DNA of 64,000 nucleotides from the human T2T-CHM13v2.0 reference genome, Homo sapiens. A program made the translations under genes and the position numbers. Position 1 is the stretch's first letter, and each line of letters starts with the position of its first letter. Location: assembly GCF_009914755.1 (NCBI RefSeq), contig NC_060925.1. One strand, written 5' to 3'. Of this stretch, positions 16,272 through 29,260 are shown piece by piece. Under the pieces are notes generated by a model. The model ran no database searches. It worked only from the letters and a program-made list of their open reading frames with translations, and was not told where the DNA came from.

Positions 16272-16329
16272 CAGAAGTTATTTTTAAATAAACTAAATAA
16301 CTCTTAGATGTGTATCTTACAAATCTTTT

Positions 16330-17930
16330 CTAGCCAATTGTATAGCATGCAAACGACAAGCAAAAGAAAGCTCATGTAGCTATATCAATATCATGTCAAA
16401 TACTATTTTAAGCAAAAACATAGCTAGAAATTAAATAAGTTCATTTTATAATGATCACAATGAATTTCCTGGTTGAACTCACCGGAAAAACAATGTTTAA
16501 TTTGCCTCCAAGTAAAATTATAACCTCAAAATAGATAAGACAATGCTGCCAGAACTACAGGGAGAAAGAGAAAATTTCACAACCATAGTGGGAGATTTCA
16601 AAACACCCCTTTCAGTAAGTGGTAAACCCGAGAGGGAAAACAGAGAATCAGTAAGGATATAGAAAATTTTAATGGTAAAGTTAAAAGTTACCTGATGTAC
16701 AAATATGGAACACTATGCACAGCAACTGCAGAATAATACATGCTTTTCAAGTACACATAGAACATCTACAAAAAGTTTACTTTACAATGGGCCATAAAAG
16801 GAGTCTCTAACAATATAAAATACTAACTTATATCCTCTGACCTAATATTAACCATATTTTCTTATTATCAAAAACAAATGATAGTTATAGAAACTCTATA
16901 TATTTAGAAATATATTTGGAAATATTAGTAATAAAGCCATATATTTTCAAAAATATAAATGAAAATCTTCATATATTTGCAAATATCAATGATGACTATA
17001 GAATCTCCATGCATTTGGAAGTTAACTTCTCAATAAACCATGAGTCAAAGAAAAAAAGACAATGGAAAATATAGAAACGACTAAACTGAATGATAATAAA
17101 AAATTATAAATTAAAACTTGTGGAATATAGCTAAAGCAATATTTTGAGGGAAATTTACATCTTTGCACATAATAGTGATAAAAGACAATGATAGTTGTCT
17201 TTCACATTTATCTTAATAATTACCTGTAATTACCTCATCTAATCTTTCATATTCATCTCAACAAATTACAAAAAATATAAAAGTAAAATAAAGGAAATAG
17301 TAAAGATAATATTCAGAATTAATGGAGAAAATACACTAAAAAGGATGAAAGTAGTTACATTGCTTCTATGAAAGTGGTAGTAAATTTTACAAATCTTTCG
17401 ATAATTGATCCAGAAAAGAGTTAATGAACAAACAACAAATTAAAAAAACGAAAAGATGCTGCAGACATTTTAAATAAATAAGATATTGTGAACAATTAAT
17501 AAATTTAGATGAGATGGGCCCATTCCTAAAAAAGAAATATCAAAATTGACTCATGAAGAAATAGAAGCCCAATACTAAAATGAATCACTAGTCAGAATCT
17601 AAAAATGACATTTTTATATTCAGTTTGCTTTCTGGAGATTTATATCAAACAGTCAAGTAAAAAATAATTCCAGTTTAACAAAAACTTTTCCATAGAAGAA
17701 AAACAATGTGGAAAACAGTTTAACTGATTTTTTGGAGCAAGTGTGACCTGATAGCAAAATCAAAAAAAAAAAAAAAAAAAGAGAAGAGAAAATTATAGGC
17801 CAATCTCAATTGTAAGTATAGATGCAAATATTCTAAACAAACATTATCAAATCAAATTTGGCATTATGTAAATAGAATAATACATTATAACCAAGTGGGC
17901 ATAAATTTTTATCATCAAGGTTCTACCAGA
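16330..17930 (+). mobile_element. Old L1M ORF2 relic
   Basis: Degenerate L1 ORF2 motifs (ATAGTGGGAGATTTCAA, CAGTAAGGATATAGAA, TATAGGCCAATCTCA...GATGCAAATATTCTAAAC). Confidence 0.75.
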
Positions 17931-18450
17931 ACACATTTAATCAATAACTTATTTCTAAATATTTTAAACTATTTCTCATGTTTGTCCACGTATTTCTGTG
18001 TGCATATACATGTGTATGTGAGTAAACATGTCTGATTATCTTAGATTGGATTCTTTGAAGTAGAACTTTTGGGTCAAAGACATACAACTTTCAAAATTTT
18101 TTTATCAATTACAAATTTTTTTCTAGTAAAGTTGTATGAACTTTTACTTTAAAACAGCAATTTCATAAATATGTCCTCATCAACTCCTAGTATTCTTTTA
18201 ACATTTTTTCAAACTATAGGTAAGAAATTATTATCTAGCTTTTCAGTTTGCATTATTTTGATTACAAGTGAGGATAAAGTTTTCAATCTTATGATTATTG
18301 ATTTGCCTATCTTCTGAAAAAAATTTTCATGAATAACCTTTACCCATATTTCTGTTGAGTGCTTTTTATATTGTTAAATGAGTTCTCTACATATTAATGA
18401 CAGGAATCTTTCACACTGTAGGCTGTAATCATGTTTCAGTTTATCACTGA

Positions 18451-18804
<354 letters not shown>

Positions 18805-19411
18805 TAAGGTGGTGTGAGAAACAAATGCAGCGTTTGAAAAGCAGATTAAGACTATCAGTGCATGATATGCCAAAACTTATGTATGATGTTGGAAAGTGTA
18901 GCACATAATAGACAAAGTCTTCTAGCAACTGAAAGCTTTAAACACTTTTCAAAGTAGGAATATACTGCATATGAAAAAACACTGGGTGTAAAGTTGGTAT
19001 TTCTGAGTTTGAATTGCAGGTCTGCTGTGTGAACTTGGCTAAGAAAGCGCCTCTCAGAGACAGAGTGTTTTGAAAAATTGCTATTTAAATGTAAGATAAT
19101 GTGTCTAGTTTATGAGGTCTCTTTCATTTCTTTAAACAATAATTTTGTTTGACATTGAATTGTGTAGAAAACTTAGAAATGCCAATGTTACAATAAGTTT
19201 CAATGCAATATTAATTTCTAATGTGTGTAAACAGCAACTCTCTGGTCTATTTTTTTGTAATTGGTGACAAATTTTTTCTGAGTGACTTTAATGTATCTTT
19301 AGGACTTGTATAATTAAAATACTTTTCAGGAAGAAGCTATTTTAAACCAAACAAATGGTGACATTTATTATACCAGCAGAGATAAACTTCAAAAGCAAGG
19401 TGCTTAAATAA

Positions 19412-19451
19412 TGTGTGTGTTGTGTGTGTGCATGTGTGTGTGTGTGTGTGT
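19412..19451. repeat. (TG)n microsatellite, interrupted
   Basis: Direct reading. Confidence 0.9.
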
Positions 19452-20119
19452 CATCCTGATCTTAAATGTGTAGCAGAATTTAGAATTTCAACTAAACATG
19501 AAAGACACACCCCCCAAATGAAAGAGGACTATACTTTTTAAAAACATATATGGCAAGACTGTTACTTCTTATAACTCATACACTCATCACCATTACCCAG
19601 AACTAGAGTTCCTGGTTGCAAAGGTAGGAGGCTTTTTGTAAAGTTCTAACTAAAAGTAAAAAAAGAAGACAAAGAATAATAGAAGTAATGTTTTTCACCT
19701 AATTTTATAGTTTGTATAACTCTGATACCAAAAGAACTAAAGACATTACAACAAAAGAAAAATTACAAATTAATATTTCTTATAAACATATACACAATTC
19801 TCAACAAATTATAAACATATCAAATACAGCAATACAGAAAAAGAATAATACATTTTTGGTTTAACATTAAAATCAAACAATGTTATTTACATATTCATTT
19901 AAGGAGAAAAAATTGTATGATAATTCAACAGGTGCAGAAGAAGCGTTTATCAAAATTCATCTTCATTTCATGATAGGAACTCTGCAAAATAAAAAGAAGG
20001 AAAAAATCTCAGTCTAATAAAAGGCATGTACAAAAATTCTAGAGCTAATGTCATTCTTAATTGTGAAATGCCAAACGCACTTCCTCAAAGAGAAGAAACA
20101 GGCATGGTTGTCCACTTTT

Positions 20120-21505
20120 TAAAAATATACTTTATTTTTTAGAGTAGTTGTAGCTTTATAGAAAAATGGAAAGAAAGCTACAGAGATGGCCGGGCCAGGT
20201 GGCTCACGCCTGTAATCCCAGCACTTTGGGAGGCCGAGGCGGGCAGATCACGAGGTCAGGAGATCGAGACCATCCTGGCTAACACTATGAAACCCCCTCT
20301 ATACTAAAAATACAAAAAGTTAGCTGGGTGTGGTGATGGGTGCCTGTAGTCCCAGCTACTCGGGAGGCTGAGGCAGGAGAATGGCGTGAACCCGGGAGGT
20401 GGAGCTTGCAGTGAGCCAAGATCATGGCCACTGCACTCCAGCCCGGGCGAAAGAGCGAGACTCCATCTCAAAAAAAAAAAAAAAAGCTACAGAGATTTCC
20501 CATATACCCTCTGTCCTCACACATACACAGCCTCCCCCATGATCAAAATCCATCACCAGTGGTACATTTGTTATGACTTTGGAATCTATATTGACACATC
20601 ACTATGACTCAAAGTCCAGAGTTTACGATTTACTGTTTTACATTCTATCAATGTTGACAAATGTATGTCATGTATCCACCATTAAATTATCAATTATCAC
20701 ACAGAATAGTTCTATTGCCTATTCATCCCTTCCCCTCAATCCATGGCAACAATTGATCCTTTTGCTGTTTCCATAGTCCTACATTTCAACGAATGTCATA
20801 TAGTTGAAGTAATGTAGTATGTAGTCTTTTCAGATTGGCTTCTTTCACTTAGTAATATGCATTTAAATTTCCTTCATGTCTTTTCATGGCTTGATAGGAT
20901 ATTTCTTTTTATCACTGAGTAATATTCTATTGTCTGGATGTACTAATTTATTTATCCATTTACCTACTGCAGGATATCTTGGTTGTTTCCAAGTTTTGGC
21001 AATTGTGAATAAAGCTGCTGTAGACATTCGTGTGCATATTTTTGTGTAGACATAAGTTTCAATTCATTTGGGTAAATACCAAGAAGTGTGACTACTTGAT
21101 TGTATGGTAGGAGTATGTTTAGTTTTGTAAGAAACTGCCAACTCTCCTCCAAAGTAGCTGTAGCATTTTGCATTCTCAGTAGCATTCTTCTTGTTCCACA
21201 GCCTTGCCAGCATTTGATGATGTAACTGTTCTAGATTTTGGCCATTCTAATAGGTTTGTAGTAGTATCTCATTGTTGTTTTAATTTGCCTTTTCCTAATG
21301 ACATGATGTGGAGTACCTTTTTTATGTGCTCATTTTCTTTGGTGAAGTGTCTGTTCAGGTATTTTGCTCATTTTTTAAATTGGGTTGTGTGTTTTCTTAT
21401 TATTGAATTTTAAGAATTCTTTGTGTATGTTGAGTAACAGTCCTTTGTCAGATATGTCTTTTGCAAATCTTTTCTTCAGTATATGGTTTGTTTTGTCATT
21501 CTTCT
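20120..21505 (-). mobile_element. L1M (MB/MC-type) 3' end, antisense, nested in an older L1
   Basis: TTCAGATTGGCTTCTTTCACTTAGTAATATGCATT motif; ORF 20964-21185 translates to an L1 ORF2 C-terminal-like peptide. Confidence 0.8.
20188..20485 (+). mobile_element. AluY
   Basis: GATCACGAGGTCAGGAGATCGAGACCATCCTGGCTAAC and GAATGGCGTGAACCC; TSD AAAGCTACAGAGAT. Confidence 0.95.
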
Positions 21506-22464
21506 AAAGGGTTCGCACTTTTACAAATTTTATTCAAAATTGTGCTAGAGGTCTTATCTAGTACCATTGGCAAGAAAAACAAATAAAAGACTTACAGATT
21601 AAAAAGAAAACAATAAAGTTGCTTTCTTTTGTTGTTAACATAATTGTACATGTAGAAACTCCTGAGTAATGTATAAAAAAGATACTAGAACTAATAAATA
21701 TATTTAGCAATTTTTAGTATAAAAGTCAAAATACAGAAATAAATTGTATTTCTACATTCCCAAAATTCAAACATTAGATAAAAAATAGCATTCCAATAAC
21801 ATCAAAAAACATAAAATACTTAGAAATAAATTTAATGAGTTGTGTAAAATCTTTATATTAAAAACTATAAAATATTGATGACAGAAATTAAAGAAAGTGC
21901 TAATATATGGAGCGACATACCATGTTCCTGAATTGTAAGACTCAATATTGTTATAATGCTCAATTGCCTTCACATTGCCCAAATTTGTCTATTGATTCTC
22001 TGCAATCATAATCTTAGTCAATTTTTAAAAAGCAGAATTTGAGAATGTAATTATAAAATTTCTATAGAAATTCAGGAAACCTCGAAGAAACAAAACAAAT
22101 TTTTAAGAGAAGTTTGTTTTAGTTTTCAACAGATGGTGCTGGAACCAGTGAACATATACATGGAAAAAATAAAAGAACTTTATTTCTGCTTCAAGTCATA
22201 CACATATGTTAGAAATGAATAATAGGCATAAATGCAAAAGTCAAAACTATGAAGCTCCTAGAAGAAAACAGGATATATTTGCAACTTTGTGCTGGGAAAA
22301 CATTTCTTAGAGTTGACACAGAAATAAAGCTATACTTAAAATAATAAAAAATTTAATATCAACATTTAAAGCTTCTGCTCATCAAGAGACATTATTGATA
22401 AAATGAATAAGAAAGCCACAGACTGGGAGAAAAATATTTTCAACACATACATTTGAAAAAAGGG

Positions 22465-22867
<403 letters not shown>

Positions 22868-25124
22868 TCAAAGAAAGATATACAAATGCCCAATACATGC
22901 ATGGAAACGTGTTCAATGTCCTTAATCATCAGAAAACTTCAAATTAAAACTACCATGTGAGACCACTACACATCTACAAAATGGATGGATAAAATGAAAA
23001 AATGTCTAAAATGAAACAAGAGTGACAATCACAATCTAATGTTGACAAAGTGTAAGGTGAATAGAACTGTCATATATTTCTGGCTGGGAGTGTAAAATGA
23101 TACTACCATTTTGAAAAACTGGCAGTTTCTGAAATATTTAAACATACTTCTCCCCTGTGACCCACATTCCTTCTTTGGTTTTTATTCAAGAAAAATAAAA
23201 ATATGTTTATGAAAATGTGTACAAGAACATTCACAGTGGCTTTATTTATGATAGTCTAAACCTAGAAATAGCCTAGCTTGCCATCCACAAAATAATGAAT
23301 GAACAAATATATAAAGGAATAATACTCAGCTATCAAAAGGAATAAATTATAGACATACAACAAAATTATTCAGAGTGAAGGAATTCTTATAGTAAAAAAT
23401 ATATTCATATGAAGTCATAGAACAGGAAAAATTAATCTATTATGGTGATAGAGATTAGAACAAAGATGCTCCTGGGCAGAAAGAGGTTCCTAGAAAATGA
23501 TTTTTTCCGGTCATGACAATGTTTTTTTTTGATAGGATGCGAGTTATAAGAGTGTATCCATTTGTCGAAACTGATGATACTGTACCCTTAAGATGTACTT
23601 AATTCACCAAAGTAAAATAACCCCCAGTAATTTTTTAAAATAATACAAAGTAAATATTAATGGGAAATTAATATTAGATATTCTACCAGGCTAGCAGACT
23701 GTCATAAAGGCTTTTTCTTGCCCCTTGCCACCCCAAACCCTTCAGGATCTTGTTTTTCTACTCTTCGCATGCAGTGGGAGATTCATATAGAGCAGAGAAT
23801 GACTGATACCGATGGTAAAGGTTCATACACAGTCTACCTTAGTAAGTCAGTGGAAAAGTGGGGATCACCTCCTTTGTGCTAGTGTATCATTATAGGCTAA
23901 CCTCAACTCTGATTCAGCACACTTGTATGCAATTACAAAATAGAATTTCCGGATATCATTCAGGGATTGGTCACTGAGTCTTTATTGCTAAGGTACATTT
24001 CTTCCTGTTCTGTAGTTTACTCCTCTTTTGTGGTCAGGTCAAAATGATCTTCGACACGATGTATCTTTTGCCGTAAATGCTAAGGTCATAAGACTTAGAT
24101 ATAATCTGTGGTGAAGGGGTTTTTTTCCCCTCAATACATTTTTGTCATGTTCTCTTTGATTTAGTTGCACGCAAGGAGAAATGATTGGCAAGCTTTTAGT
24201 TTCCTAGGTTACAACAAAAATTCCACTATAGTATCCTATTGTGTTTTGCATTGTTTTCTGTGTTATTTACTCATTGCCCAAATAGTACTAATAAGTAACC
24301 AGTAGTACCATAGAAACTGTTTCCTAGGCTAGTGGTGTGTATGAACTCTAAAACTTACAGTCTAAAACATTTTTTCACTTTATACAGAAATATTCTATAA
24401 AGGGAAGACAAGGAATCTGCAAATTTCTTGGTATAATTTCTGGATATATGAATTGATAAAAGAGGTACTTTAATTTTTTTTTCCTGTGAAAGCTTGAATG
24501 TGGTAGCAAAGTCCTGAAAACTGCAACAATTTTCAGAAGCCACTTCCTGTCTTTAGTGTGCTGTTTAATATTGTTTAGGTTTCGAGTAAGTGAACAAGCA
24601 TTTGGAGATCTGGATTATTTTGGTTACACAGTGAACAAGATAAGTGAAGTGGATACTAACATCTACTCATTCAACATCCTGTGAGAATAAAATGTTGTTT
24701 GAGGGGTTCTTGTCTTTTGGCAATTCTTGTGCTTGTGAGTCTGAATAGAGAAAAAAATACATCATTGAATAAACTCAGGTGTAGTTAAACTGCACTAGTG
24801 CCCTTTATTAGAGATCTGGCTGTGGAGATTGGATTTGCCTGAAGCTTAATCTCTTGAGATTGATATGCTTGAGAGTTCTGGAACATATTTTCCATTCAAA
24901 ACTCAATACAGTAATTATTGTTTAATATTTATGTATCTGGGCAGCCAAAGCCTGATAGAACTGACTCTCTACATGTTGACAGGTAAGGTTGGGTGAAACA
25001 CAAGTCATTCATGATTTAACATCTCTCCCATGAAGGCTTACCTGTCCCAGCCCTTTCCCCGTCCATGCCTCTCCAGCATGTTGTACATGTTAATAGCTTT
25101 GCACTTATTAGTACCTTTCATTTG

Positions 25125-26060
25125 TTTTTTATAGTAGTTTTATTGAGATATAATTCATGTACCATGAAATTCACTCCTTCAAAGTGTACACTTCAGTGGT
25201 TTTTAATATATTCCTAGAAATGTGCAACCACTACAATCTAACATTAGAACATTTTAAGCACTCAAAAGAAATCCCGTACTCATTAGTAGTCACTTTCAAT
25301 TTTTATCCTCTCCCCAGCCCCTGATAACTACTAATCTAATTTTGGTCTTCATGGATTTGCCTATTCCGGACATTTCATGTAAATGGAATCAGACAATATG
25401 TGGTCTTTTGTGGCCAGCTTTGTTTCACTTAACATAATATTTTCAAGATTAATTCATGTTGTAGTATGTATCAGTACTTTATTTCTTTTTATTGCCAGAT
25501 AATATTCTATTGTATTGATATACCACAATTTGTTATCAGTTGATGGGAATTTGGGTTGTTTCTGTTTTTTGGCTATTATGAAGAATGCTGCTATTTACAT
25601 TATGTGCAAGTCCTTTTTGTGAACACCTTTTCCTTTCTCTTGGGTAGATATCTACAAGTGAAATTTCTGAGTCATATAATAACTCTATGTGTAACATTAC
25701 GAAGAACTGCCAAACTGTTTTCCAAAGTGACTGCACCATTTTACATTCCCATCAGCAGTATATAAAAGTACCAATTTCTCCACCTCCTTGCCAACATTTG
25801 CTATTGTCATCATTTTGATAAGTCATCCTATTGAATATGAAGTGGTATCTCATGGTCATTTTGATATACGTTTCCCTAATAACTAACGATTTTGAGTGTT
25901 TTTTCATGAGCTTATTGGCCATTTGCATATCTTCTTTGGAGACATGTTTATTCAAATCCTTTGTCTATTTTTAAATTGGGTTGTTTGACTTTTATTATCA
26001 AATTTTATGAGTTCTTTATATATTCTGGGTGCAAGTCCCTTATAGATATATAGTTTATGA
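25125..26060 (-). mobile_element. L1MB-type 3' end
   Basis: TTTATTGAGATATAATTCA...GGATTTGCCTATTCCGGACATTTCAT; ORFs 25536-25955 give L1 ORF2-like peptides. Confidence 0.85.
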
Positions 26061-26818
26061 ATAAACACATTGTATTTTAAATATTCTCATCAGTCATAAT
26101 TATGACCTCCTGGGTGATAGAAATGATTTTTTTATTTCCCCCACTTTTTCCATATATATGTGATAAACAACTGTTATGAAATATGCATAACTCCTAAAAG
26201 ACAGTTGCTCTAAACACAATTGAAAAGTTTAGGTAAGTTATGTATATTGTTACTTTATCATCCACTGAACTTATATCTTTCTGCTTTTCTACCTCTGGGA
26301 TGACACGTTTAATACCCCTCAGGCAATGGTTACTTAATAGTTGCTTCCCTGGTGTCACTCTATTTTTACTGATTCTCTCATCCCTAGGATGGCAGATATC
26401 TGTAGGTGCTGTATTTCTTTTCCTTCAAAATCTATCTCTCAAGAGTAGGAATCATTTTTTTATTTTCAACAATAGTGGAAATTTCATAGGTGCTTGTTGG
26501 GTGCCGTCATACTCTTTCCCAGACTTCCAAAGCATCCTGTTTTCCTGTCTGCATTAGAGTTCTTGGTTGTAAGCAACAGAAACAGACTCTGGTAAATTAA
26601 GTAAGGAGAAACTTACTGCAAAAACAGGCAACATCCCCAGAATCAATCAGTGATGGACATTTGGGTTTGGCAATGTATAGGAGCAAAGGAGATCCGTCAA
26701 ACTGATGAACAGGAAACAAAGCCGCCATCTTGCAGTCGGAATAGTGTCTTCAGGGTGACACTCTAACACTGCTATCCAGATGAATGACCTTCAGCCATTC
26801 TCTTTGCCTTTGTGGCTT

Positions 26819-27490
26819 GGATTAGACAGTGCTCTCCAGAGAAAGGGAGCCAACAGGATAGATAGATGGTTGGATAGATTGACAGACAGACAGATAGATT
26901 ATTGATTGATTGATTGAGAATAGAATAGAATAGAATAGAATAGAATAGAATAGAATAGAATAGAATAGAATAGAATAGAATAGAATGGAATGGGGGATTT
27001 ATTGTAGGAATTGGCTCACATGATTATGGAGGCTGAGAAATTTCACAATAGTCATCTGCAGGCTGGAGAACAGGGAAAGTAGGTGGTATAATACAGTCTG
27101 AGTTCTACAGCCTGAGAACCAGAAAAGCCAATAGTGTAACTCCCAGTCTGAGGTCAAAGGCCTGTCATCCACTGGTGTGAGTACCAGAGCCCCAGGGTCC
27201 TATAAGTAGGAACCCCAAAGTTCAAGGGCAAGAGAAGATGGATATCCTAGTACAAAGAGAGAATTCATCCTGCCTCTGCCTTTTTTTTCTACTCTGTTTG
27301 GGCCCTCAACAGATCAGATGGTGTCAATACCCTGCATTGGTGAGAGCAGAACTTCTTTACTCAGTGTACTGATTCAAATGCTAATCTCTTCCAGAAACAC
27401 CCTCACAGACGTACCCAGAAATAACGTTCTATGAGCTGTATCTGTTCATTCCTTAGCCTATCCAAGTTTTCACTAAAATTAACCTTCAAA
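26819..27490 (-). mobile_element. ERVL MLT2 solo LTR
   Basis: GGAATTGGCTCACATGATTATGGAGGCTGAGAA...GATTCAAATGCTAATCTCTTCCAGAAACACCCTCACAGAC. Confidence 0.9.
26857..26992. repeat. Compound STR (GATA/GACA/GATT)n + (GAATA)13(GAATG)2
   Basis: Direct reading; pentamer array at 26918-26992. Confidence 0.95.
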
Positions 27491-27879
27491 TCACTCTTGC
27501 TTAAGTCAAAAATCTCAAGACTCTAATTTCTCAAGCTTAGGCTATATTCTCACTCCCTGGCTATACCATGGAGTTGGGGGAAAAAGATATAGACTCCCCA
27601 ACTCCCATAATGAGAGAAAACCTCCCAGACATATAGTCACATATAATCACACACAGTAAAGAAAAGATAAATTCCCCAAAGAAGAGGATGCTCTCAGAAA
27701 AGGTGAATACATTTGGAATAGGAAGAGTAACTGCAAATATTCTCTGTGTTATTCACTTATTTTCTCTATACCATTGCAACAGATTCCATTCTCTCAGGAT
27801 CTTTCTTTCTTCCTGGGAAATGATTGGTTTAATGACTTTAGATATTTGACATCTGAAGACAATGTTCTTTCTTTCAATC

Positions 27880-29133
27880 ATCCATCCATCCATTTATTCA
27901 TACACTCGATTCATTCCACAATACATTTGAGTACCCAGTATTTGCTAATCATTGAACTGAATGCTCAAGAGAAGAACCGGCAAAAACAGAAATAGTCCTT
28001 GCCCTCATGAAACTTATTGTGTGGTAGGTAGACAATACCCAAGAAAGTACATAGATTAAAAATAGTTTTAAGTGTCACTAAAGACATAGGAATATGGTCC
28101 AATTTGTCAAGAGGAGTAACATTTCTTGAGGAAGAGCTGTTGGAACAATTTGAGAGAAAATTATAAGTTATTAGGTGAAAGAACATGTAAGAGATGTCCT
28201 AGGCAGAGGAAACAGTAAGTGGAATGGCCCTATAGTGAAAGTATCATGATATATTCAAAATCTGAAGGAAGCCACTATATTTGAATAAAGAATGTGAGGA
28301 AGAAAGTTGCAGGCAAGTAGGCTAAGGCAGAGGTGATCCAGGGCTGCCTCACTCAGAGCTTCAGAGGGCATGTTAAGGAGTCTGCTCTTTATCTGAAGAG
28401 CTATGCATTACCTTTTAAGAGTTTTAAGAGGAGAGATAATTTGATGAGATGTGTATTTGAGGTAGCTCACAAAGACTGCTTTATGGGATAATCAATTGTA
28501 GCGAGCAGGGCTAGTCTTGGAAATTGATCGAAGGCTACTGTAGGAGACCTTGTTATTCGAATTAAGGTGGTGACAGTGGGGAGAAAGAGAGAGAGAGATG
28601 TACATAGATTTAAAAAGGTACTTTAGAGGTAATATCAATGGCTTAGTGATGGAGAGTGTCAAGGGATGAGATGTCAAGGATGACAATCAAATGCATGTGC
28701 CACTTACTGAGAAAGGTGACACCAGGAGAGGACTGGGTATGAGATAAAAGTTACAGTTTTAAGTACTGGTCATAATCAAATTCAAATTGCTTTTGTGCTG
28801 GTCAAATTCAATATGACCAGCACTTAAAACTAACTTTTATCTCATACCTGGTCATCTCCTGGTGTTACCTCTCAGTGAATGGCATATGCATTTGATATGG
28901 CATATGCATTGAATTTCATTAATTCAATATGGTGTAAGAGCATGTAAGAAATGTCCTAGGCAGAAGGAACAGTAAGTGGAATGACACTTGAATTTGAGAC
29001 TCATATTGAGCCTCAAATTCAATATGACCGGTCCTTAAAGCTGTAACTTTTGTCTCATAGCTGATTCTCTCCTGGTGTCACCTCTCTCAGTGAATGACAT
29101 ATGAGCCAATTCCCACAATAAATCTCCTCTTCT

Positions 29134-29174
<41 letters not shown>

Positions 29175-29260
29175 TATCTGTCCATCATCTACCTAAAGAT
29201 ATTTAAGTGGCGATGTCAAGTAGAGAAGTAAGTGCATAGGCCTGAAGCTTGGAATTTTAG
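27880..29260. mobile_element. L2 relic containing a complex inverted-duplication insertion
   Basis: L2 3'-end motifs (CATTTATTCA...GTCCTTGCCCTCATGAAACTTA...CCTAGGCAGAGGAAACAG); L2-like text resumes at ~29200. Confidence 0.75.
29134..29173. repeat. (TCTA)10 STR
   Basis: Direct reading. Confidence 0.95.

Larger units (their letters stand above)
26552..27740 (-). mobile_element. Old MaLR (MLT1-like) relic interrupted by an MLT2 LTR
   Basis: ATTAGAGTTCTTGGTTGTAAGCAACAGAAACAGACTCTGG start; boundaries approximate. Confidence 0.55.
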
